Origin: a virus
DNA length: 36,300 bases
Strand: one strand, 5' to 3'
Virus record (IMG/VR): IMGVR_UViG_3300045988_181135
Shown in pieces: positions 7,548 through 14,432 of the stretch (within the stretch, counting starts at the first letter, position 1; each line of letters starts with the position of its first letter). Below the pieces are notes generated by a model that did no database searches, was not told the DNA's origin, and saw only the letters and a program-made list of their open reading frames with translations. Position numbers and translations under genes: made by a program.

Positions 7548-7955
7548 TTAATGGTTGATTCTATCCCAAAGCTCCGGAGCCGTATCGGGCTCAGATCCGA
7601 TACGGGGTGCATGCGTCTGCAGGCACTTGTACAGGTCGCCTCCATATGCCACACGCGCGCCAGCGGCATACGAGGCCTCACCCACATACCACGGCCGGAT
7701 GAGCTGGGGTACCTTCAGCGCATCCACATCACCGAGAGTCTCGGCGGACATGGCAGCAAGCCGCACCGCGTCATCGCGCACCCCGTCTGGCACGACACTC
7801 CATACTTGGTAGATGGAACCGCCCCGCTGCTCATACGCCATGTCCGCCTTGAAACCCTCGGGGACCTCAGGCTCATCAGACGCGAGAATCGGGAGACCCC
7901 TCCCGTCTGTCGCCAGGCGCACTGCGGGCCCGACAAGGGTCCCGATCAATGCCAT
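7548..7955 (-). CDS. Paralog of 6967..7539 with one CBM5/12-like repeat (135 aa)
   Basis: The two share TDG-GLPI...EP...AYEQ..G.I.QVW..VPD...DAL.VP. The single repeat reads YAAGARVAYGGDLYKCLQTH...PELWDRI. Confidence 0.6.
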   Translation of the reverse strand: MALIGTLVGPAVRLATDGRGLPILASDEPEVPEGFKADMAYEQRGGSIYQVWSVVPDGVRDDAVRLAAMSAETLGDVDALKVPQLIRPWYVGEASYAAGARVAYGGDLYKCLQTHAPRIGSEPDTAPELWDRINH

Positions 7956-8051
7956 TTAGACTCCTTTCTCTCGACCTCTCGTGGCAGAAATCCCACGCGC
8001 GTATCCTCTCCTTGAGAGCCCACGCGTCTGGGATTTACGGGATTGGAGACA

Positions 8052-8924
8052 ATGATGAAAGTTGCAGAGGCCGCCTCGAGGTACATGGACGATAAGCGCG
8101 GCAGGCTGCGCGCCTGCACCCTGGCCGGATACGAGAGCGCGCTAGCGCTGCACGTCCTACCTCGCTGGGGCGAGCTGGAACTCGAGGCGATAACGCCCGA
8201 GGGCGTACAGGGCTGGATTGATTCGTTTGATCTGCCGGGGGCCGCCGAAAAGGCATACAAGACCCTGCGGCAGGTTATCCGCTGGGCCATCCGCCGTCTC
8301 GGTGTGCGGATGTACGACCCAACCGCCGCCGGTGTCGAGCTACCGCACAAGCCGGCGCACTGCCCACGCACGATGGAGGCGAGCCAGGTCCGTGCCTACC
8401 TCCGCGCGCTGTGGGGACACGAGTGCGAGGCGGTCGCAATCTGCTCGGTAACCCTCGGGCTGCGGCGCGGCGAGGCGTGCGGCCTCAAGTGGTCGGACAT
8501 CGACCTGCGCACCGGTGAGGTCCGCATCCGCCGTTCGAGGCAAGTCGTGCGCGGCAATGAGGTCGTCGAGGCGCCGAAGACCGAGCGCTCCGCGCGGTCC
8601 TGCTGGCTCCCCCGCTTCGCCGTCAACCGCCTGCGCGCGCTGCGAAAAGGCCGCTCGGGCTGGCTGTGCGAACTGTCGCCCGACGCCATTGCGCGGCACA
8701 TCAAATCCGCATGTCGCCAAGCCGGAGCCGCCTGGACCTCGATGACGGAATGCCGTCACACGTGGGCGACGCTCGCCGTGGAGGCAGGCGTGGGTATTGA
8801 GACCGTGGCCATGATGCTGGGACACACCGATATCGGCACGGCATACGAGCACTACATCGTGCCGAGGCCGCGCATCTGCAAGGACGCACAAAGGGTGGTG
8901 GAGCGGTTGATACTCGGCGGGTAG
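8052..8924 (+). CDS. Short tyrosine recombinase (Xer/Rci-like, about 290 aa), candidate shufflon invertase
   Basis: Signature pieces: LRRGEACGLKWSDID (Arg), PKTERSARS (Lys), CRHTWATL, MLGHTD and YEHY (Tyr). It is the only + strand gene within the minus-strand structural arm. Its TAG (8922-8924) is 2 nt from the first 12-mer site. The track start 8043 is a TTG; ATG 8052/8055 follow GGAG. Confidence 0.85.
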   Translation: MMKVAEAASRYMDDKRGRLRACTLAGYESALALHVLPRWGELELEAITPEGVQGWIDSFDLPGAAEKAYKTLRQVIRWAIRRLGVRMYDPTAAGVELPHKPAHCPRTMEASQVRAYLRALWGHECEAVAICSVTLGLRRGEACGLKWSDIDLRTGEVRIRRSRQVVRGNEVVEAPKTERSARSCWLPRFAVNRLRALRKGRSGWLCELSPDAIARHIKSACRQAGAAWTSMTECRHTWATLAVEAGVGIETVAMMLGHTDIGTAYEHYIVPRPRICKDAQRVVERLILGG

Positions 8925-8926
8925 GA

Positions 8927-8938
8927 ATTCTGTATCCC
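8927..8938 (+). repeat. Recombination-site candidate 1 (ATTCTGTATCCC)
   Basis: Perfect 12-mer. It opens cassette 1 in frame (AAT TCT GTA TCC). Confidence 0.85.
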
Positions 8939-9240
8939 CGGTTTCCGTTGATTGCGGCATTACCAATCTGCCGACTACTGTCCGCATGGTTGGAAATATT
9001 GTTGTGGTCACGGTGTCCGGCACGCTAAAGAGTGCTGTAGGGGCCTGGGGAATGCTGACATTAAGTAACGCAGTGCCAATGACAAGAGATAGGCATAACT
9101 CGCTCCTCATTTCGCAAGACACAACCGACCCCCGCATCTTGCTGTCGGTAACAGGGACCCATCTATTCATAGAGTCCAAAGGGGCCTCGATACCCCAGGG
9201 CTCCTGGATATTCGGCCAGCTTGTATATCTCTGCGTGTAG
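8929..9240 (+). other. Silent tail-fibre C-terminal cassette 1 (SVS + 100 aa, TAG)
   Basis: The frame is open from the site: SVSPVSVDCGITNLPTTVRMVGNIVVV...SWIFGQLVYLCV*. There is no RBS or start at the site. It contains track ORF 8986..9240. Confidence 0.7.
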
Positions 9241-9241
9241 C

Positions 9242-9253
9242 ATTCTGTATCCC
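9242..9253 (+). repeat. Recombination-site candidate 2 (ATTCTGTATCCC)
   Basis: Perfect 12-mer, 1 nt after the TAG of cassette 1 (9238-9240). Confidence 0.85.
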
Positions 9254-9483
9254 ATGTCGTGCGCAGCGTGACTTTTTCTGCTAATAAGCAGTACGGCCCG
9301 TTTTATTACGACGAGTTCGATACGGAAATCAAGGCCAGAAATTTCGTGCTCGCCTTTCCACTGTCCGGCGTGCGATTTATTCGCCAGGCGGCGGTCTCGT
9401 CGGCGGGGAAACAGCGTTGGATGATAGTTCAGACTTATAAGGGCGATGCCGAGACTATCCCGGTGATGTTTTGCTGTTTCTAG
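9244..9483 (+). other. Silent tail-fibre C-terminal cassette 2 (SVS + 76 aa, TAG)
   Basis: Translation is SVSHVVRSVTFSANKQYGPFYYDEF...ETIPVMFCCF*. It contains track ORF 9259..9483. Confidence 0.7.
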
Positions 9484-9484
9484 C

Positions 9485-9496
9485 ATTCTGTATCCC
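9485..9496 (+). repeat. Recombination-site candidate 3 (ATTCTGTATCCC, extended CGAG shared with site 4)
   Basis: Perfect 12-mer, 1 nt after the TAG of cassette 2 (9481-9483). Confidence 0.85.
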
Positions 9497-10026
9497 CGAG
9501 GTTCGTGGCACAGACAAGCACTGGAAAGCTGTATCAGCCTTTCCGGTGCGACCTCCCCTCGGGCAGGATGGCGGCGCTTGTCTGTATCTACAACAACGGT
9601 CGCCCGCTGGCATCGACCGTATTCCCCATATCCATCTTCGCGCGGTACTGCACCGGCTCGGGGATCTGCGCCGACTGCTATTACAGCCCGGGCGGCTTCG
9701 GTGTCCATGCCTACTATACGGGCAGCATGCTCTACCTTATGGCTGACGCCGACGTATACAGAGCGGACTTCGTCGTGTTCTTGGAGGGCGCGGACGGGCT
9801 ATATGGCCAGGGGGATGCAGCAGGCGCAGTTCTCAAATCCATATCCGTATATTTCCGAGCGAGTCGAGAAATAGAGTTTTACGGCGCCGGACGGCTCGAC
9901 CACCGCGCCTACCGACTTGCCAAAGCGCTCCGACGTGAACGCCATGGTCGGGATATTCGACTTCGGCCTCAGGCGCTCGGGGAGCACGAGTGCAGCGCCC
10001 GAGGAGAGCTCGCACGCGTCAGATGA
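9487..10026 (+). other. Silent tail-fibre C-terminal cassette 3 (SVS + up to 176 aa; true end uncertain)
   Basis: Translation is SVSPRFVAQTSTGKLYQPFRCDLPSGRMAALVCIYNNG.... There is no stop until TGA 10024-10026, so its last ~75 codons run antisense to cassette 4. Confidence 0.55.
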
Positions 10027-10155
10027 CGACATCGACCCCGAGACATAGCTGAACCTGACGATGAGGATGCATGTTGCGACGATCCAGCAGTCCGCCTTTA
10101 CGGTGCAGCGAAGAAGACCGACGTTGCCACCGCCGAGATAGCTCGGGGATACAGA
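9799..10155 (-). other. Silent tail-fibre C-terminal cassette 4 (SVS + 115 aa, TAG), same orientation as the expressed gene
   Basis: Translation is SVSPSYLGGGNVGLLRCTVKADCWIV...EIYGYGFENCACCIPLAI*. It contains track ORF 9799..10032 and is convergent with cassette 3. Confidence 0.65.
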
Positions 10156-10157
10156 AT
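10146..10157 (-). repeat. Recombination-site candidate 4 (inverted copy)
   Basis: GGGATACAGAAT on the + strand. On the minus strand it starts 1 nt after the tail-fibre TAG (10161-10159). Confidence 0.85.
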
Positions 10158-10158
10158 C

Positions 10159-10989
10159 CTAATTGGCAATCCAGATGCAGTGTCCAATGTTGTGCCCTTG
10201 GCTAACAGCTGCCGCGCTAATAAAGACAACTTTGCCAGATTTCTGAACCTCGACTTCTGCAGTGCTGTTGTTGACGATGCCGCTTGAAGATGTACGCACA
10301 GCCGGCGCAAGGAATGATTGAGTCGGACGGAATTCAACGGGCAACGTCCCTGCATTCCATAACTGTGATGATTCCTGAATGAAATTCCAAGACATCTCTA
10401 CCAGGAAGCCTATTTTACGGTAAGCCACATAGGGACCCGAGAAGTCTTTCCCATATAAGAACTGATAGCCAACCTCGCGGGATACAGAATCCCCGAGGTC
10501 TGCCAGGGGAGTCAGTTTGGGGATGAGAAGCTTAGGCTGACCCGTCGTCAGTCCGTCGAATGTCACCGAGCAGATCGGGACCGTCACGTCAGCGTCACCG
10601 TCCAGGATAGAGCCTTTCGGCACCGACGGCGCGGCGGCGCCCGAGCCGGGGGTTCCCTGGAGAACCTTCCACTCGACCGTCTCGACAAGGGTCGGGCTGG
10701 ACCCGCTCACATCGCGGGTGTAATGGACACAAATGTAGTCCATGCGCTTCTTGCCTTGCGAGCCGCTCGCCACCTTGACGTCCTCGGGCGAGGTGACGCC
10801 GATATGGCGACCCTGCACGATCATGTCGCCGGTCGCGATACGGACGGTGTTCGCGTCGACGAGAGATGGGGCCAGTTTGCCGCCCGTCTGCAGCACATAG
10901 CTGCCAGTGCCGACTTCGCCCGCAATGCGGCGCCCGTCGTCGGCCGAGCTGACGTGTGGCACGCCCGCTTTACCGGTCACTATCTCCAT
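10159..10989 (-). CDS. Tail fibre / receptor-binding protein: constant N-terminus (aa 1-166), currently expressed variable C-terminus (aa 171-276)
   Basis: It is the last gene of the tail module. The N-terminus MEIVTGKAGVPHVSSADDGRR...QGRH...VHYTRD resembles a recurrent prophage tail-fibre N-domain. Recombination site 5 is embedded at codons 167-170. Confidence 0.75.
   Translation of the reverse strand: MEIVTGKAGVPHVSSADDGRRIAGEVGTGSYVLQTGGKLAPSLVDANTVRIATGDMIVQGRHIGVTSPEDVKVASGSQGKKRMDYICVHYTRDVSGSSPTLVETVEWKVLQGTPGSGAAAPSVPKGSILDGDADVTVPICSVTFDGLTTGQPKLLIPKLTPLADLGDSVSREVGYQFLYGKDFSGPYVAYRKIGFLVEMSWNFIQESSQLWNAGTLPVEFRPTQSFLAPAVRTSSSGIVNNSTAEVEVQKSGKVVFISAAAVSQGHNIGHCIWIAN
10479..10490 (-). 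repeat. Recombination-site candidate 5 (inverted copy inside the tail-fibre gene)
   Basis: GGGATACAGAAT on the + strand. It covers tail-fibre codons D167-S170 (GAT TCT GTA TCC). Confidence 0.85.
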
Positions 10990-11202
10990 TTAAGCCGTCC
11001 TTTCCCATATAAAGCCGTTCTGGCTGTCCCGCATGACCCACGTTCCCCCATAGGTGGCACCTGGGTTTTTGCCCTTGCTTTCCATATAGAGGGAGCCCAC
11101 AGGGTGTGCAGCGAGGAACGTCTGGGCGGTCGAGGCTGCAGGACCCTGTGGCCCCGTCTCCCCGGCAGGCCCCTTTATGTTGCCCAACTTGATCCAGGCC
11201 AT
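10990..11202 (-). CDS. Short collagen-like / tail-collar-like fibre protein (70 aa)
   Basis: MAWIKLGNIKGPAGETGPQGP (Gly-X-Y) is followed by HPVGSLYMES...GGTWV, a tail-collar-like motif. Confidence 0.65.
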   Translation of the reverse strand: MAWIKLGNIKGPAGETGPQGPAASTAQTFLAAHPVGSLYMESKGKNPGATYGGTWVMRDSQNGFIWERTA

Positions 11203-11216
11203 TTCGCCGTCACCCG

Positions 11217-11450
11217 CTAGGCCTTGTAGGTGTACAGGTTGCCCGTGCTCGCGTCGATGTAGACCGAACCGACCACGGCAGTACCTGTCGGTGCGCCGGT
11301 CCCAGCGGTCACTGAGGTGCCGTCGGCGCCCTTGGGCCCGATCGGGCCGGTCTCCCCTCGCGGCCCCTGGGCCCCTTGCGCTCCCCTGGCGCCGGTATCG
11401 CCCTTTTCGCCTTTGGGACCCTTCAGCGATCCGATGTTAGTCCACGCCAT
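11217..11450 (-). CDS. Collagen-like repeat fibre protein (77 aa)
   Basis: Sequence begins MAWTNIGSLKGPKGEKGDTGARGAQGAQGPRGETGPIGPKGADG. GGGGGAG RBS upstream. Confidence 0.75.
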   Translation of the reverse strand: MAWTNIGSLKGPKGEKGDTGARGAQGAQGPRGETGPIGPKGADGTSVTAGTGAPTGTAVVGSVYIDASTGNLYTYKA

Positions 11451-11465
11451 ATCGCTCCCCCTTCA

Positions 11466-12143
11466 CTAGGCACTCGTACCGTACTGGTAGACCTTAAAGC
11501 CGTCTGCCGTATCAATGTAGACGGCTCCCTCCTGCGACGCTGCCGTAGGAGCCCCTTGGCCGAACGTAATGCCTGGGCCAGCCGGCCCCTGTGCGCCCTT
11601 GGGGCCGGTGTCGCCCCTGTCACCCTTTTCGCCCGTGGCCCCCTTGTCGCCCTTGGGCCCCTTCATTTCGCCGAGGTCCGTCCACTGCGCATCACCGGTC
11701 GCGGCGGTTTTCACCCACATGTGGCCGTTGTCGCTCGTGACGTAGGTGTCGCCGATGGCGGCATCGGACGGCAGCGCGGACGCGCTGCTCACCGCGCCCT
11801 TGACCGTTATGGACGTGCCGTCGGCACCTTTGGGGCCAGTGTCGCCCGTTTCGCCTTTGGGCCCCTTGAGGCTCACGCCGTTGATGGCGGAACCGACTCG
11901 GGCGGTAGACCTGCCCGGATCCACCGCCGAAATGGGATAGACACTTCCCTTGGCGTCGAGCACGAGGTCGCCGACCTGCACGCCGTCAGACGGGGAAAGC
12001 GCCGAGAATGCGACTTCGCCTTCCGACGGGATATTGACGCTCGCCACGCGGACGCTGCCGCCCTTGGGGCCGGCGTTGCCGGTCGCGCCCTTGTCGCCTT
12101 TGGGGCCCTTGAGCGTTCCAACTTGGTTCCATGCGTTAGCCAT
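11466..12143 (-). CDS. Collagen-like repeat tail fibre protein (225 aa)
   Basis: ATG 12143 (MANAWNQVGTLKGPKGDKGATG...) follows GGAGA. There are three Gly-X-Y blocks. The track start 12218 lies inside the upstream gene. Confidence 0.75.
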   Translation of the reverse strand: MANAWNQVGTLKGPKGDKGATGNAGPKGGSVRVASVNIPSEGEVAFSALSPSDGVQVGDLVLDAKGSVYPISAVDPGRSTARVGSAINGVSLKGPKGETGDTGPKGADGTSITVKGAVSSASALPSDAAIGDTYVTSDNGHMWVKTAATGDAQWTDLGEMKGPKGDKGATGEKGDRGDTGPKGAQGPAGPGITFGQGAPTAASQEGAVYIDTADGFKVYQYGTSA

Positions 12144-12609
12144 TTGTATCTCCAATCTCGCCGTAGCGATAATAGGTGCCCGTCTCACTGTCGAGATAGA
12201 GGTCCCCGACGCGACCACCTATGGCGGGGGTGCCGCCCCCGACATACCACTTCGTGCCGGGCTCGCCTACGGCCCTCAGCTGCTCTCGCACCCAATCTTC
12301 GACATCAGCCCAGGTCTTGACCTCGTCATCGGTGTAGATGTAGCCGTCCGGCTTGGCCCTCGGGCGCACCTTGAGCACGGCGCGCGCGTGCGTGTCGCGC
12401 CCATCGCTCGCCCAAACGGCCATGTCGACGCCCGCAGTAAGCAGAAGCGAGGGCACCACGGCCTCTCCGCCCACGACCGGGACGACCAATGCGCGTTCCG
12501 ATCCGGCGACGGCGAAATGTGCCTCCGTCACCCCCTGCAACGCGATGTGAACGCGCCGACCCGTATCCCATTGGTAAAGGGGCGGGCCGATGAGTTCTAT
12601 CTGCTTCAT
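12136..12609 (-). CDS. Tail/baseplate-associated hypothetical protein (157 aa)
   Basis: Assigned by position between the Gp37-like protein and the collagen-like fibres. The C-terminal GDLYLDSETGTYYRY motif is shared with the fibres. Confidence 0.6.
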   Translation of the reverse strand: MKQIELIGPPLYQWDTGRRVHIALQGVTEAHFAVAGSERALVVPVVGGEAVVPSLLLTAGVDMAVWASDGRDTHARAVLKVRPRAKPDGYIYTDDEVKTWADVEDWVREQLRAVGEPGTKWYVGGGTPAIGGRVGDLYLDSETGTYYRYGEIGDTNG

Positions 12610-12618
12610 AGCAGTCTC

Positions 12619-13605
12619 CTATCTCCCCACCGCACCAGGCGATGCGCCATACGTGGCGCTGTAGCCCGACCCCGCGGCCTTTACGATCTTGCTGCTGATC
12701 TCGACCGAGACCGTCACGTTTGGCGAATAGTGCCTGGCCTCGACGATATCGCCGAGGCCGAACTCGACGCCCTCGTTGACCGTCACGGTCACGCTGCCCT
12801 CGGACTGTTTGTCCTTGAGTCGGCTGAGTGCCTGATCGCGGAGATCGTCGCCCTCGGTGTTGTTGGCGTCGTAGTACTCCTCGAGCTCGAAGACGCCGGC
12901 CATCGCCTTCACGGTGCCTACGCCGCCTTCCCGGTCGGCGTAGACGTCCACGACATCTCTGGCCGCAAGTTCGCCCTTGCCGGCCGCCTTGAGGTGATTG
13001 GTGACGAGCAGGTCGCTCTTGAGGTCGAAGTTAACGAGATCGGAGTCGACCCTGCCGCGCCAGTCTGTCACCTTCACCGCCTGGAGCCTGCACGATCCGC
13101 CCACCCACCTCGCATCGAGGCGAAGGCCTGCGGAGCGCATCGCCAGCCTAAGGTTGGTCCAAGCGTCGGGTGCGTCCCTGTTGCATCGGTAGCTTACGCT
13201 CACCCCGGCGTCGGCATCGGGAACCGTGAAGAGGGAGCCGATGTCGAGCCGTTTAACCGCGGAGCGCAGCACGGCGTTTGCGTCCCCAGAGAGGACAAGG
13301 TAGTCCTGGCCCGGATCGGGCCACAGAAGGCGCTTCTCGAGCACTCCAGTCCAGGTCGACCCGGTCCAGTGCAGCTCGGACGAAGTGCGGCCAGTCTTGA
13401 GCTCAAAGCCCTCGACGCGCCCGCCGATCTCCAGGCCGTCGGCGAAAACACGCCAAGCGGCCTCCGGCAACGGTACGGACGAGTCGCGCACCACGAGATC
13501 GAACGAGTTGTCGACGCCGTCGCCCCAGCCCGAGTCCATATCCAGCTCGAAGTTCGAAATCGGGAAAAGCGTCCTGCCGGCGCTGTCGGAGACTATGAGC
13601 TCCAA
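12619..13605 (-). CDS. Tail protein, siphovirus Gp37-like (ReqiPepy6 Gp37 family) candidate (328 aa)
   Basis: TTG start after GAGGAGGGGGAG. MELIVSDSAGRTLFPISNFELDMDSGWG... resembles Sipho_Gp37 N-termini. It follows Dit. Confidence 0.55.
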   Translation of the reverse strand: MELIVSDSAGRTLFPISNFELDMDSGWGDGVDNSFDLVVRDSSVPLPEAAWRVFADGLEIGGRVEGFELKTGRTSSELHWTGSTWTGVLEKRLLWPDPGQDYLVLSGDANAVLRSAVKRLDIGSLFTVPDADAGVSVSYRCNRDAPDAWTNLRLAMRSAGLRLDARWVGGSCRLQAVKVTDWRGRVDSDLVNFDLKSDLLVTNHLKAAGKGELAARDVVDVYADREGGVGTVKAMAGVFELEEYYDANNTEGDDLRDQALSRLKDKQSEGSVTVTVNEGVEFGLGDIVEARHYSPNVTVSVEISSKIVKAAGSGYSATYGASPGAVGR

Positions 13606-14432
13606 GGCGGCTCCCCCTCCTCAAGATAATGGGTCATGGTGAAGCCGAACGAGCCGTCCCACGAGACAGAGGACGTGCCCGGCCGCAGCTGCTCGAAGCA
13701 GTAGGAGCCGCTTCCCGCGCCCTCTCCGCGCATGCCGTCGGCGAATCGGTCCTCGGTCTCACCGTACATGCCGACGAGCTTGATCGTCTTGGGGAAGCTC
13801 GAGCCGTCGATGATAAGCCTGGAGCCGCCAGGCACTTCAACGTCCGCGGAGTAGACGTTGATGAAGTCCCCCTGCGTCACGGTGATGCGCGGTGACGACG
13901 CGGGACCGAAGATCGTGAGCTTAAGGTCGGCAGGCACCAGCCCATCGACGGTGACCGACCGGCTCGCGACCGATCCGCCGTAGTCGAACTCGAAGTCATG
14001 GGGGAAGTCCAGGCCGGTCTGGTCCTCGTCCTCCCGGGCGTAGAACTCCTGGGCGACCTCGCGCCGCCAGGATCCGTCGAGCAGCAGCACGGTAAGCGTA
14101 GCGGCGATGCCCCGCCTGCCATAAATCTGCGAGGTCTCGGACTTAGCGATATAGGCGCGCTGGTACCAAACACCGTCGACAACGAGGCGACCGGGCTCGC
14201 CGACGGAGATATCCCTGTCCGCGAGCCGCCTGAGCCTGTCGGCAGCCGCCGAGGACGCCACGGCATCGACCGTCGCCTCCCTCGCGTCTCGCGAGATGCC
14301 GTAGGCGCCGCGCCACGAGAGGTCGTAGCTCCACTCGCGCGAGCGCACGCCCGCAGCGGTGCCGACGAAGACGCCGTTGCCATCGAGGTCGACGCTCTCG
14401 CCCGATGACGACACGTAGTGCATTCTATGCAT
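13593..14432 (-). CDS. Distal tail protein (Dit) / phage tail family protein (about 279 aa)
   Basis: It lies immediately downstream of the tape measure. ATG 14432 overlaps the TMP TAG. The track ORF extends upstream into the TMP gene. Confidence 0.65.
   Translation of the reverse strand: MHRMHYVSSSGESVDLDGNGVFVGTAAGVRSREWSYDLSWRGAYGISRDAREATVDAVASSAAADRLRRLADRDISVGEPGRLVVDGVWYQRAYIAKSETSQIYGRRGIAATLTVLLLDGSWRREVAQEFYAREDEDQTGLDFPHDFEFDYGGSVASRSVTVDGLVPADLKLTIFGPASSPRITVTQGDFINVYSADVEVPGGSRLIIDGSSFPKTIKLVGMYGETEDRFADGMRGEGAGSGSYCFEQLRPGTSSVSWDGSFGFTMTHYLEEGEPPWSS

Larger units (their letters stand above)
8925..10490. other. Shufflon-like multiple-inversion region carrying alternative tail-fibre C-terminal cassettes
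   Basis: It contains five perfect ATTCTGTATCCC sites (3 forward, 2 inverted) and four silent in-frame cassettes, and has lower GC than its flanks. Confidence 0.8.

Noticed and set aside
7986-8036. Imperfect inverted repeat (AAATCCCACGCG / CGCGTCTGGGATTT) between the 7548..7955 start and the recombinase start, as a possible recombinase operator
   Set aside because: The arms are interrupted by an indel and there is only a single occurrence. It could be a divergent promoter element, but the evidence is too weak to call.
9753-9762. Possible degenerate sixth recombination site (GTATACAGAG, similar to GGATACAGAA) inside cassette 3
   Set aside because: Only about 8 of 12 positions match the core. 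It is not preceded by a stop and does not open a cassette, so it is probably chance similarity.
8922-10161. TAG stop-codon reassignment or read-through linking cassettes into one long protein
   Set aside because: TAG also terminates clearly bounded essential genes (tape measure 14425, portal 23595, ParB-like 34511) where downstream genes start immediately. There is no suppressor tRNA: the two tRNAs read CUG and UGG.
8925-10989. Diversity-generating retroelement or serine-invertase (Gin/Cin/Min) explanation for tail-fibre variability
   Set aside because: No reverse transcriptase, no template/variable repeat pair and no serine recombinase are present anywhere in the genome. The adjacent enzyme has tyrosine-recombinase motifs, and the repeats are short asymmetric 12-mers at cassette borders.
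11950-13629. 559-aa + strand ORF. Similar long + strand ORFs were also noticed: 14405..15847, 19036..20049, 20474..22384 (636 aa), 22766..23635, 23832..25271, 25187..26485 and 32561..33937.
   Set aside because: All lie antisense to minus-strand genes with recognisable phage functions and proper RBSs. Their translations are Arg/Ala/Gly/Pro-rich low-complexity sequence with no RBS and no recognisable domains. They are typical shadow ORFs of GC-rich DNA.
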